47,254 nt of DNA from a bacterium (GCA_021323995.1 JAJPJY010000091.1:1-47254), one strand, 5' to 3'. Positions 16,968-24,785 are shown, numbered from the stretch's first letter. The notes: generated by a model from the letters alone, not told the origin. Numbers and translations: made by a program.

Positions 16968-17273
16968 ATGAGCTACGCTTATTCCTATCTTCCTACGGGT
17001 CAAGATAAGCTACCGCCTCGAAGTTATCATAAGTGGAATATGGATGTCAAGCTACCTCAAGGCGGTCAGTGGATTAACCCAGAAGTACCAACTCAATTCG
17101 TTGTCGAGAAATGTACCGATTGCGGTCTTAGGATAGTATTCTGCCTCGGTCAAAACGAACAGTACTTCTTCCCAAATAACTCAAAGTGCTCAATGTCTTA
17201 CTCCTCGAGGAAATCTTTGGTGCCAAGGCTGAAGAATCGTCGAAGTCGGAAGTTAGAGGAGATGTACCGCTAA
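16968..17273 (+). CDS. small hypothetical cysteine-containing protein
   Basis: 101 aa with KCTDCGLRIVFC and a basic C-terminus. Confidence 0.4.
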   Translation: MSYAYSYLPTGQDKLPPRSYHKWNMDVKLPQGGQWINPEVPTQFVVEKCTDCGLRIVFCLGQNEQYFFPNNSKCSMSYSSRKSLVPRLKNRRSRKLEEMYR

Positions 17274-17296
17274 TCCCGATAGCGCACGATGTACTG

Positions 17297-17554
17297 ATGC
17301 ACCAAGATAATCAGAGAGAGCTAATCGAGCGCAAGGTCAATACGATCTATCAGCCGGTTGAATGGAACCCACAAGCGCATCCGAGAAAGGAATACAAGCC
17401 CACTTCAGGTAAGTTCAAGGAAGACGATTCGTTTACCCGAGAGCAAGCGCAGTTAGGTGGTATAGCGCGGTGGGCAAATCGTCAAAGATCCGCAGAGGAA
17501 ATGAAAGGCTATCTGTCTCGAAAAGCCCGCCGAGACCGCAAGAAAGGCAAGTAG
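17297..17554 (+). CDS. small basic hypothetical protein
   Basis: The ORF track lists 17186..17554. The ATG at 17297 avoids an 88-nt overlap with the previous gene. The tail is lysine/arginine-rich (RKARRDRKKGK). Confidence 0.38.
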   Translation: MHQDNQRELIERKVNTIYQPVEWNPQAHPRKEYKPTSGKFKEDDSFTREQAQLGGIARWANRQRSAEEMKGYLSRKARRDRKKGK

Positions 17555-17816
17555 TGATAGAGAGTAATCTAAAGAGCAATCTACGAGGCTACATGCCGGA
17601 TAAGATATCTAACCTCGTATTCGCTCCATCGTAGCCCCTAAGAGTTCGTCAAATGCTCTACCGTTGCCTTAGAGAGATATGTGGGCTGATTCTCGGGCCT
17701 ATCAAGCGGGCTTCGTTTCAATATGATGATTTAGACTGACTGAGCTGGTACGATTTTAGTGGGGTTTCAGGAGTCCCAGATTCCTTCGGTGGAATCCTCT
17801 CCCTCTCCGGACGGAT

Positions 17817-18206
17817 TTGGAGACTGTATCGTACAATCTACTTGGAAGCGAGACTTTGATCAATCAAGCACTCATTCAATGGGCAGAGAACAAGTACAAA
17901 GTCAAATCCCCCAGAATAATTTACTCAAGACACTTTCCTCTTCCTGGGGCGGACTCTGCTTACTGTTCAGGAGAAGGAGAGACCCCCAGTCATGAACCGG
18001 TTATTATGATCTGGAAGGGCGCACAGAATCCAGAGTTCCTATACTTGCACGAGCTTCAACATCATATCAGACGGGAGCTTGAGAAAAGAGAAAGTCCTGA
18101 TTTGAAGGAAAGGTGGGCCGATTACTTGGCGAAATGCGACTTGGTCGAATATCACTTTCGCGAGCAATTAGCCGACCTCAAGCCTCTCGTTTCTGTCTTG
18201 GGCTGA
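17817..18206 (+). CDS. small HExxH zinc-metallopeptidase-motif protein (SprT/WLM-like?)
   Basis: 129 aa with a TTG start. It reads PVIMIWKGAQNPEFLYLHELQHHIRRE, a hydrophobic strand followed by HELQH. Confidence 0.45.
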   Translation: METVSYNLLGSETLINQALIQWAENKYKVKSPRIIYSRHFPLPGADSAYCSGEGETPSHEPVIMIWKGAQNPEFLYLHELQHHIRRELEKRESPDLKERWADYLAKCDLVEYHFREQLADLKPLVSVLG

Positions 18207-18803
18207 GTAGATCCAGTTTGACCTAAGTCTAAGGACCCCCTTTCTTAGTATCGACGCGGTTATGGTTCTTCGCGATTGACCTTTGCGGCCACTGAAAGAC
18301 CAATCGTCATCGTCAAGTTCCGCGCTGAGGACCTCATCGATCTGTGTCGGAAAACGATCTTCTACTGGTTGCGTCTCCATATCAATCCGATAAACAAAGA
18401 CCACCAACCAGCCCTTTTCGGGATTATGCCCTTGCCAACCTCCTCTCTGTTTGGATGCTTTGACCTCCAAACCTTGACCACGCAAGACTTGATCACTTGG
18501 ATACTTGCCCTTTGGTATTAGGTCCGGGTATCCTCCAATCTTTCTGTTGCGTGTTAGTTGCACTGAATGGTCAGCCAGGTTCTTGACGATAATTTCGCTT
18601 AGGAATCCAGCAAACGCGTTGCCTAACATCATTTCTTCGAGCCGTGGCTGTCCCTTACTCACGAGGAAAGAGTTCATTCCGTATAGAAGATCGTGAGTCG
18701 CCTCAATCGTCAGCCTGACATTGTCTATCGTCAGACTATGAGGCAACACCGCTCTTGGATTGAATGAACCTCTGACTGTGGCCTTTTCGATGTACTTTGG
18801 CAA
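18168..18803 (-). CDS. putative type II restriction endonuclease (PD-(D/E)XK fold)
   Basis: 211 aa. GGYPDLIP...GQGLEVKASKQ gives a PD...(E)VK catalytic arrangement. It is divergent from, and 92 nt away from, a DNA methyltransferase. Confidence 0.55.
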   Translation of the reverse strand: MPKYIEKATVRGSFNPRAVLPHSLTIDNVRLTIEATHDLLYGMNSFLVSKGQPRLEEMMLGNAFAGFLSEIIVKNLADHSVQLTRNRKIGGYPDLIPKGKYPSDQVLRGQGLEVKASKQRGGWQGHNPEKGWLVVFVYRIDMETQPVEDRFPTQIDEVLSAELDDDDWSFSGRKGQSRRTITASILRKGVLRLRSNWIYSAQDRNERLEVG

Positions 18804-18895
18804 TCAGTTTGGCGGACAAATCCGACACTTTTAAGGAGAGCGGACCTCAGAGATAATTCGATGCCGTCTTGCGCGGATCAAGTTGAGGGGAGATT

Positions 18896-19849
18896 ATGAC
18901 ATTCGACCTCTACTTGGCTGACTGCATGGAATGGCTGAAACATTCTCCAAAAAATTCCTTTCACGCTGTCATCACCGACCCCCCTTATGGCATGGTCGAG
19001 TATAGCGAAAAGGAGTTGAAGAAGCTCAAGAAGGGTCGCGGAGGAATCTGGCGCATTCCTCCCTCCATTGGAGGGAGCCAACGGAAACCGCTTCCCCGAT
19101 TCACTGTCCTCTCAAAGGATGAAATTGCTGATCTGAGGATGTTCTTTCAAGAATGGGGCGACACGCTCTGCCCGACTTTGGTTCCAGGTGCGCATGTGTT
19201 CATTGCGTCGAACCCGTTGTTGCTAAGCACAATCTCTTCCGCGATGATCGAGGCAGACTTCGAGTTTCGTGGAATAGTTGTGCGCCTCGTTCGGACTTTG
19301 AAAGGAGGCTTCAGACCTAAATTGGCGGAAGAAGAATTCAAGGAAGTCTCGTCAATGCCGCGTTCCGGATGGGAACCTTGGGCCATTTTGCGAAAACCCT
19401 TCTCGGGGCGACTGTCTGAAAACCTAAAGAAATGGGGAACTGGCGGTCTCAGAAGAAACCCAGACGGGAATCCGTTCACTGATGTAATATTGAGTACAAG
19501 GACCCCTCAGGAAGAACGAAGAATCGCTCCTCATCCATCGCTAAAGCCTCAAAGTCTTATGCGACGGTTAGTCTGGGCCGCTCTCCCTCTTGGTAAAGGG
19601 AAAATCTTAGATCCTTTCTGCGGTGCGGGTTCAACTTTAGCCGCGGCTGAGGCAATCGGATACGATAGTGTTGGACTCGAAATCTACCCAGAATATTTCG
19701 AGATAGCACGAAAGGCGATTCCTCGCCTTGCCGCGTTGAGAGTTGATCAATGGCAAGCTTCCAAAATTCCAATGAGTAGATCAGTCACTAAGGTGCATCC
19801 TGCTCAAGTGAGTTTGAGAGAAATCATCCAACCCGTTCCCGCTTCCTGA
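18896..19849 (+). CDS. DNA methyltransferase, beta-class N6-adenine/N4-cytosine (N6_N4_Mtase family)
   Basis: 317 aa. Motif IV VITDPPYGM is near the N-terminus and motif I ILDPFCGAGSTLAAAE near the C-terminus. HPSLKPQSLMRRLV is typical of this family. Confidence 0.9.
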   Translation: MTFDLYLADCMEWLKHSPKNSFHAVITDPPYGMVEYSEKELKKLKKGRGGIWRIPPSIGGSQRKPLPRFTVLSKDEIADLRMFFQEWGDTLCPTLVPGAHVFIASNPLLLSTISSAMIEADFEFRGIVVRLVRTLKGGFRPKLAEEEFKEVSSMPRSGWEPWAILRKPFSGRLSENLKKWGTGGLRRNPDGNPFTDVILSTRTPQEERRIAPHPSLKPQSLMRRLVWAALPLGKGKILDPFCGAGSTLAAAEAIGYDSVGLEIYPEYFEIARKAIPRLAALRVDQWQASKIPMSRSVTKVHPAQVSLREIIQPVPAS

Positions 19850-19855
19850 TCGCGA

Positions 19856-20176
19856 ATGGCAGACCAATTCGAATGCAGAATTTCCAAACATCAGATTAGT
19901 TCAGGATGCCTCTACATACCGACGCGAGTTCGTCCGGTCTTCCCAAAAGGGTATGATAAAGCAGAGATTCATGTAATTTTCGACGACGAGGAAGAACCCC
20001 GGTCTCTTACCTACGACCCCTACAATCACATAGTTTGGGGTCTTAGAAACTGGCACAACTCACATGGGGCGAAGATTGGAGACTTGGTAATAGTCGAACC
20101 CCTTGCCAAGGATTCCGTTCCTCCCAGCTATAGGTTCAGATTCGAGAAACAGACAAAGGTCCCGTTGCCTGGCTGA
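19856..20176 (+). CDS. small protein with a B3-like/pseudobarrel DNA-binding pattern (tentative)
   Basis: 106 aa. It reads CLYIPTRVRPVFPKG..AEIHVIFDDEEEPRSLTY......VWGLRNWHNSHGAKIGDLVIVEP. The pattern iP..a..fP, a v.l.d stretch, an aromatic-G and GD.v.f resembles EcoRII-N/BfiI-C/B3 domains. It starts 6 nt after the MTase stop. Confidence 0.35.
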   Translation: MADQFECRISKHQISSGCLYIPTRVRPVFPKGYDKAEIHVIFDDEEEPRSLTYDPYNHIVWGLRNWHNSHGAKIGDLVIVEPLAKDSVPPSYRFRFEKQTKVPLPG

Positions 20177-20266
20177 AAGATTCGCTGAGCACCAAGAGTT
20201 GCCGGGCATTTACTGGTTTCGAATTACACTCCACCTTAATAGCTTCAGACGACTTCGCTCAAGCAC

Positions 20267-21205
20267 ATGGCGAGGCCCATCTTCCGTTGCCCGTTATGCA
20301 AATCGATAATTTCCAAGGGCGTCTTTGATCGAGTAACCGGCATTCTGGAGGAGCGAAAGCGACTTGAGAAAAGACTTCGAGACGAAGCAAAGTCTGCAAT
20401 CGAGAAGGGAAAGGCATCAGAACGAAGCCGGGCTAATCGTCTTGCTGGCATGCTTGAGTCTAAGACCGATAAGATTCGGGCCTTAATGAAAACCGTAGGA
20501 GACTTAAGAGATCAACTTCGTAAAGGAACAACTCCTCAAGTTGAAGGTCTCAACTTAGAAGAAGACCTCGCTCAAGAGTTGCGAGGTAGGTTCCGGGGCG
20601 ATAGAGTTCAGCGCTTCGGCAAGAAAGGTGACATTCTTCAAACCATAATGTATCGGAAGCAGGTCGCGGGGGTCATTCTTTACGAGTGCAAGAGAACCCA
20701 ACGATTCTCTCGCAAATATGTTGCTCAAACCAAACGCGCAATGGTAAAGCAAAGCGCAACATACGGCGTTCTGGTGACGACATCATTTCCGAGGGATTCT
20801 GCTGGCTTCACCGTATCTGAGGATATTTTCGTCATTCATCCGTTCGGGGCTTGTGACCTCGCGGAGTTCTTGAGAAAAGGGCTAATCGAGCTTCAATCTC
20901 TAAGGATAACTGGGGAAGAAACGAATCAACGGGGTAGAGTGTTATTGGATTACGCACGATCTGAGGACTTCAGAAACGCGATTCAAGATTCCATCCATTC
21001 GACCCATGCTCTCCGTGATTTGTTAGCGTCAGAGGTTCGGTCTCATTATCTGATGTGGAAGAAGCGGATCGATCACTATCGAGGGATCAACAATAACATA
21101 ATCCTGGTAGGTGAAAACGCCCGTCGTGTGGTCAGAGGAGAACCCCTAATCAAGCGAATCGACCAAACTCAAGTCCTCGCGCCGGTAAAGGAGCTACCGG
21201 CATGA
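20267..21205 (+). CDS. DUF2130-like protein: N-terminal zinc knuckle, coiled coil, C-terminal PD-(D/E)XK-like domain
   Basis: 312 aa. It has FRCPLCKSII, then a long charged helix, then GDILQTI...GVILYECKRTQRFSRKYVAQTKRAMVKQSATYGVLVTTSFP (D...ExK followed by a helix), as I recall for DUF2130. Confidence 0.5.
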   Translation: MARPIFRCPLCKSIISKGVFDRVTGILEERKRLEKRLRDEAKSAIEKGKASERSRANRLAGMLESKTDKIRALMKTVGDLRDQLRKGTTPQVEGLNLEEDLAQELRGRFRGDRVQRFGKKGDILQTIMYRKQVAGVILYECKRTQRFSRKYVAQTKRAMVKQSATYGVLVTTSFPRDSAGFTVSEDIFVIHPFGACDLAEFLRKGLIELQSLRITGEETNQRGRVLLDYARSEDFRNAIQDSIHSTHALRDLLASEVRSHYLMWKKRIDHYRGINNNIILVGENARRVVRGEPLIKRIDQTQVLAPVKELPA

Positions 21206-21506
21206 TTTCTCCTATCCGAAGCTGGAGCTTCATCGACTAGGATGCTGTCGGCTTAGATGCCGACGATCTAAATCTTAGAGATTTTCGAGGATTCCGCGTG
21301 AACCAAATCCGCGTTTTGAGGCTGATTTGGACTCAAAACTACTCCTGTTCGAAACACAGGCTCTGATCTGGAAGATATTCTTATTAGAGAATCTAAGGGA
21401 ATGACCGATTGAGCAACACAGCGGAGATCATCTCCGGGGGCGGCCGGCGTAGGCCGTCTCAAATGAAGCCGCTAGTGCCGGATTACTCCGAGTATTTTTG
21501 CCTCGG

Positions 21507-22118
21507 TCATTCCTTGTCTGAGTCCTCCGGCTCTACCGTCGGGCCCATGACTCTGACTCCTCCTTTTCCCACTTTTGCAAAGGCAACATAATAGCCCCAG
21601 CCTCGGTCCGTCTTTACCCGGCTCACTTCTCCGGCTCTTACGAGATTGGTAAGGGCTCCCGAAATATCCGTGGACTGAACATATATTCCGCTGACCTGAA
21701 GCGCGTCCACAATCTCCTTTATGGTTCGAGGACTGTGAGCCCAGCCTGAGACAAGGAGCTGTTTCACTGCCTCAGCCTTGGACTTTGGGTTGACGATCCG
21801 AGGTACTTCCTCGGTGGGCTGAAGGAATTCCTCGTCGCTCATCGGTCTCGGTTTTCCTGCCGGAGAGAATGTCTTCCGGAACTTTTCGGTGTATGAGTCG
21901 ATATTGTTGAAAGCCTCGGCTACTTCCTTCTGCGTACCTTGAATCTCGACCTCGATATCCCCTATCTTGAGCCGGACTTTCAGCGACAAGGATGCTGTGG
22001 CCTTAGCGCCCGGCCTTATATTCTTTAGGGTCACAGGGGCCACCGCGCGACTTTTAGCGAAATCAGCTCTAACAGCCTGTCCGGGGCCTGTTTTCAGGTT
22101 ATTTTCTGATAGTGACAT
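21507..22118 (-). CDS. hypothetical protein with a C-terminal winged-helix domain
   Basis: 203 aa. SPRTIKEIVDALQVSGIYVQSTDISGALTNLVRAGEVSRVKTDRGWGYYVA looks like an HTH plus wing. It is co-oriented with, and downstream of, the integrase. Confidence 0.48.
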   Translation of the reverse strand: MSLSENNLKTGPGQAVRADFAKSRAVAPVTLKNIRPGAKATASLSLKVRLKIGDIEVEIQGTQKEVAEAFNNIDSYTEKFRKTFSPAGKPRPMSDEEFLQPTEEVPRIVNPKSKAEAVKQLLVSGWAHSPRTIKEIVDALQVSGIYVQSTDISGALTNLVRAGEVSRVKTDRGWGYYVAFAKVGKGGVRVMGPTVEPEDSDKE

Positions 22119-22187
22119 TTAGCACGAGTGTTATCGCTTATGCAGTTGATACATACGCATACAGCTTCCTCGTCGATGAAGGTCCGT

Positions 22188-23645
22188 CTATGGATGGGAG
22201 AAACCTTTCCGCATTATGATTGTTCCGTTTATCCGGCCCTTTTCCTCGAACCCGTCTGCGATAGCCTGTGCGTAAGCTTCGACATCATCATCCGGGACTT
22301 TCCTGATTTCGTGCTTGTTCCCGTTTCCATTGGTTGAAGCTACTTCGACAGCCAACATAACTCTCTCCTCATGATTGAGCATCTGTAGATGATCGTAGTG
22401 CCCCTTTCCTTCAGCGGCGTATTCCGCTGTCTGAGCGGCCTTCAATCTCGCCATGATCTCTTGGAATAGGTCCTTGTGATTCTTGTAGAGATCGTTCAGC
22501 ATTCGGTTATGCGCTTCTTCCTCTGAGATATGTAGCTGGATTGCGAGAGTCGCAGCGAGCCGACAACATTCTCTCTCCCCACTAACTTTTTCCTCTCCTT
22601 TACCAGTCCGCAGATTCAGTATTGGTCTAAGTCGGGATAGTTGACGAATGATTAGCTCTCGACCATCCCGCGTCTTGTGGAAGCGATTGTATTCCAGCGG
22701 GTCGATCTTGTGGCCCAGACTGAACTCCGCTATAGTTGGGGAGACTTCATGGATTTCGCAGAGGGTCCTGAAGAAATCTCTCCCGAGTTCGTGGGGACGG
22801 ATTCTGTAGCTCAGCTTTCCCGGCTCTTTACTTTCGAGACCCGACCTATCAGCCAGATGTCGGATGAACGACTGAACCACAGCATCCGAAATCGGCTCAC
22901 CAGTTTGATTCACAAATAACGGGTCTTTATCGTGGAGGGGACGCTGAAGCTCCCGTTCCCGTTCTTGAATGAGCGTCCTCAAATCCTCGACGCAATCATC
23001 CCAGAGCAGAACGAAGTATGTGATTCCGGTCTTATGCCGAGTGACGGAGACTTCGACCGGAACGGTCTTGGCCTTGATCTTTTCGCGATACTTGCTCCAA
23101 TCATGCGCGAACTGTAACCATTCCGATATTCCAAACCCAACTATCAGGCTGGAAATTATTGCTCTGTCTCTCGTTGTCCGGCAGGCATTGTAGAGTTGTT
23201 TGACTTCATCGACCGAGAGGGGTAGGCGTTCTTCTCGTTCGCGGGCCTCTGCAACTAACTGGTCTCGATCCGCTAATGTGATGGAGTAGCTTTGAACATC
23301 ACCTAACTGATTTTCCAAGAAGCTTCTGACAGCAGAAGCGATCACATTCCGGGTGTCGCTGGTGAGATGGCGTTTGGTCCGGGTAGAGATATACTGATGG
23401 AGGAATGTTTCAAGATCAGTACCCCAAGATCGTCGGGTTTTGACATCTTCGGCTCTCTGAGATTCCTTGACGAATTCAAGCCACTTAGGAATCGAGGCGA
23501 ACCGGCGGGACAACCAATGTCGCCAGTAAACGCTCAGGCTCTGTAGATACAGTCCGGCAGTGGCTTTTGACTTCAGAGCGACCTTGGAATGCCATTCTAA
23601 AACAGCAGGTATCTCAAGCAGAGCGGCGACCACAGGTCGGCTCAC
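22188..23645 (-). CDS. tyrosine recombinase/integrase with a ~150-aa C-terminal extension
   Basis: 485 aa. Candidate catalytic residues are R (TTRDRAIISSL), K (VTRHKTG), H..R (RPHELGRDFF), H (SLGHKI) and Y (LEYNRF), in the canonical order. It lies at the edge of the island next to the right repeat. Confidence 0.78.
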   Translation of the reverse strand: MSRPVVAALLEIPAVLEWHSKVALKSKATAGLYLQSLSVYWRHWLSRRFASIPKWLEFVKESQRAEDVKTRRSWGTDLETFLHQYISTRTKRHLTSDTRNVIASAVRSFLENQLGDVQSYSITLADRDQLVAEAREREERLPLSVDEVKQLYNACRTTRDRAIISSLIVGFGISEWLQFAHDWSKYREKIKAKTVPVEVSVTRHKTGITYFVLLWDDCVEDLRTLIQERERELQRPLHDKDPLFVNQTGEPISDAVVQSFIRHLADRSGLESKEPGKLSYRIRPHELGRDFFRTLCEIHEVSPTIAEFSLGHKIDPLEYNRFHKTRDGRELIIRQLSRLRPILNLRTGKGEEKVSGERECCRLAATLAIQLHISEEEAHNRMLNDLYKNHKDLFQEIMARLKAAQTAEYAAEGKGHYDHLQMLNHEERVMLAVEVASTNGNGNKHEIRKVPDDDVEAYAQAIADGFEEKGRINGTIIMRKGFSHP

Positions 23646-23693
23646 CGGAGAAGACCTCCGATAGGGCTCGATAAAACGATGTCAGAACCTACG

Positions 23694-23713
23694 ACCAAAG
23701 GTAAATATTGACT
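23694..23713. repeat. candidate attR (direct repeat copy 2): ACCAAAGGTAAATATTGACT
   Basis: See 8153-8172. This copy lies ~35-50 nt upstream of the Elf1 start, so it overlaps the AT-rich stretch that could be the Elf1 TATA box. Confidence 0.55.
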
Positions 23714-23744
23714 CTCCGGCTCTAAGCTACAAGAGTAGTGTCGA

Positions 23745-24377
23745 TTGGGGAGAAGAAGACGCCGGGTAGTTCGCATTGTTAAGAAGAAACTACCCACTGT
23801 CTTCGTTTGTCCAAGATGCGGTGAAGAAGCAGTAAGGGTCACCATCGCTAAGGACACAGGACACGCAACAGTCCTCTGTGCTCTCTGCAACCTGAAGGAC
23901 GATTTCCCAGCCCACCCGGCGGCACAAGCTATCGACGTCTATTCGTATTTCACCGACCGATTTTATGGAGTAAAAGATCCGCACCCTATCATTCCCCACG
24001 ACAGAGAATATCAACACGTTCCCTCTGAAGAAGAGCCGCTGGAAGAAACCATTACGCAACCTGCCAGTGAGGCCGAACCTCAACCATCAAGGCTCGAGAT
24101 TGAGAATAAGAAGCTGGAAATAGAATCTCGGTCATCAGTCCAAGAGGCTACGCCGCCCGAAATATCCGATCAGCGATCCGCTGAGAACACTCCGGTCGAA
24201 GCGTCAGCGGTGACGGATCAAGAAACGACCAGTGAAGCACAAACGGAGACTCCGCTAGAATCGGAGAAGGAACCAGAAGAGGACACGGAACCGTTCGCTG
24301 ATATTATGGAGAACAAGGATAAGAAGCGATACAGCTCTACGCCGTTGCCTCAATCGACTTCTGAACAGACTAGCTGA
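23745..24377 (+). CDS. transcription elongation factor Elf1 homolog with a long acidic C-terminal tail
   Basis: 210 aa with a TTG start. It has a basic N-terminus (GRRRRRVVRIVKKKLP), then FVCPRCGEEAVRVTIAKDTGHATVLCALCNLKDDFPAHPAAQAIDVYSYFTD. This aligns with the eukaryotic Elf1 core (F.CPFC...C..C...PIDVYS.WID). About 130 E/S/T/P-rich residues follow. Confidence 0.85.
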   Translation: MGRRRRRVVRIVKKKLPTVFVCPRCGEEAVRVTIAKDTGHATVLCALCNLKDDFPAHPAAQAIDVYSYFTDRFYGVKDPHPIIPHDREYQHVPSEEEPLEETITQPASEAEPQPSRLEIENKKLEIESRSSVQEATPPEISDQRSAENTPVEASAVTDQETTSEAQTETPLESEKEPEEDTEPFADIMENKDKKRYSSTPLPQSTSEQTS

Positions 24378-24383
24378 ATTCGG

Positions 24384-24785
24384 TTAGCTTCTGTGGATTT
24401 TCCTCTCTTCGTAGATCGGTTCGAGCATATTCACAACTCGATCGACGGTAGTTCTATGGGAGCGCAGAGCGTCGATCACTCCCTTCTCATAGATTTTGAA
24501 AATGTTTGTCATCGTCATTCTCGGGTGAAGGGGAGCGAACCTTGTCTCAGAACCGGTCGCTCTTATTATGAGACCATTCAACAACATTCGTTCAAGGAGA
24601 GCTTGCGTTTCTGCAAGCGGGATATCCAGCGCAAGACCGAGTTCGTGAGGCGTCATATCGAAGCCTTCCAGTAATCGCAAATACGCCTTGGTCTCAACTG
24701 GTTTGATTTCGAACTGCCGCTGAAGGAGTTCGACAAGTTCTCTTTCGTCGACTGGTCTACGCTTTAGTGAGCCCGGCACTGGCAT
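24384..24785 (-). CDS. winged-helix transcriptional regulator (TrmB/MarR-like N-domain)
   Basis: 133 aa with ETKAYLRLLEGFDMTPHELGLALDIPLAETQALLERMLLNGLIIR. Confidence 0.55.
   Translation of the reverse strand: MPVPGSLKRRPVDERELVELLQRQFEIKPVETKAYLRLLEGFDMTPHELGLALDIPLAETQALLERMLLNGLIIRATGSETRFAPLHPRMTMTNIFKIYEKGVIDALRSHRTTVDRVVNMLEPIYEERKIHRS

Larger units (their letters stand above)
8153..23713. mobile_element. candidate integrated element (provirus, satellite or integrative element), ~15.5 kb, bounded by imperfect direct repeats with a tyrosine integrase at the right end
   Basis: ACCAAAGGTAAAT is exact at 8153-8165 and 23694-23706 and extends to 18/20 identity. The integrase start (23645) lies 49 nt inside the right repeat. 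The content is orphan small genes, a prohead-protease homolog and R-M cargo. The flanking genes (VIT1, Elf1) are ordinary core genes. Confidence 0.6.

Noticed and set aside
17733-17760. ATGATGA followed by CTGACTGA, resembling the C and D' boxes of a C/D box sRNA.
   Set aside because: The spacer is only 6-10 nt (about 12 are needed for a guide). No C'/D box pair or terminal stem is found downstream.
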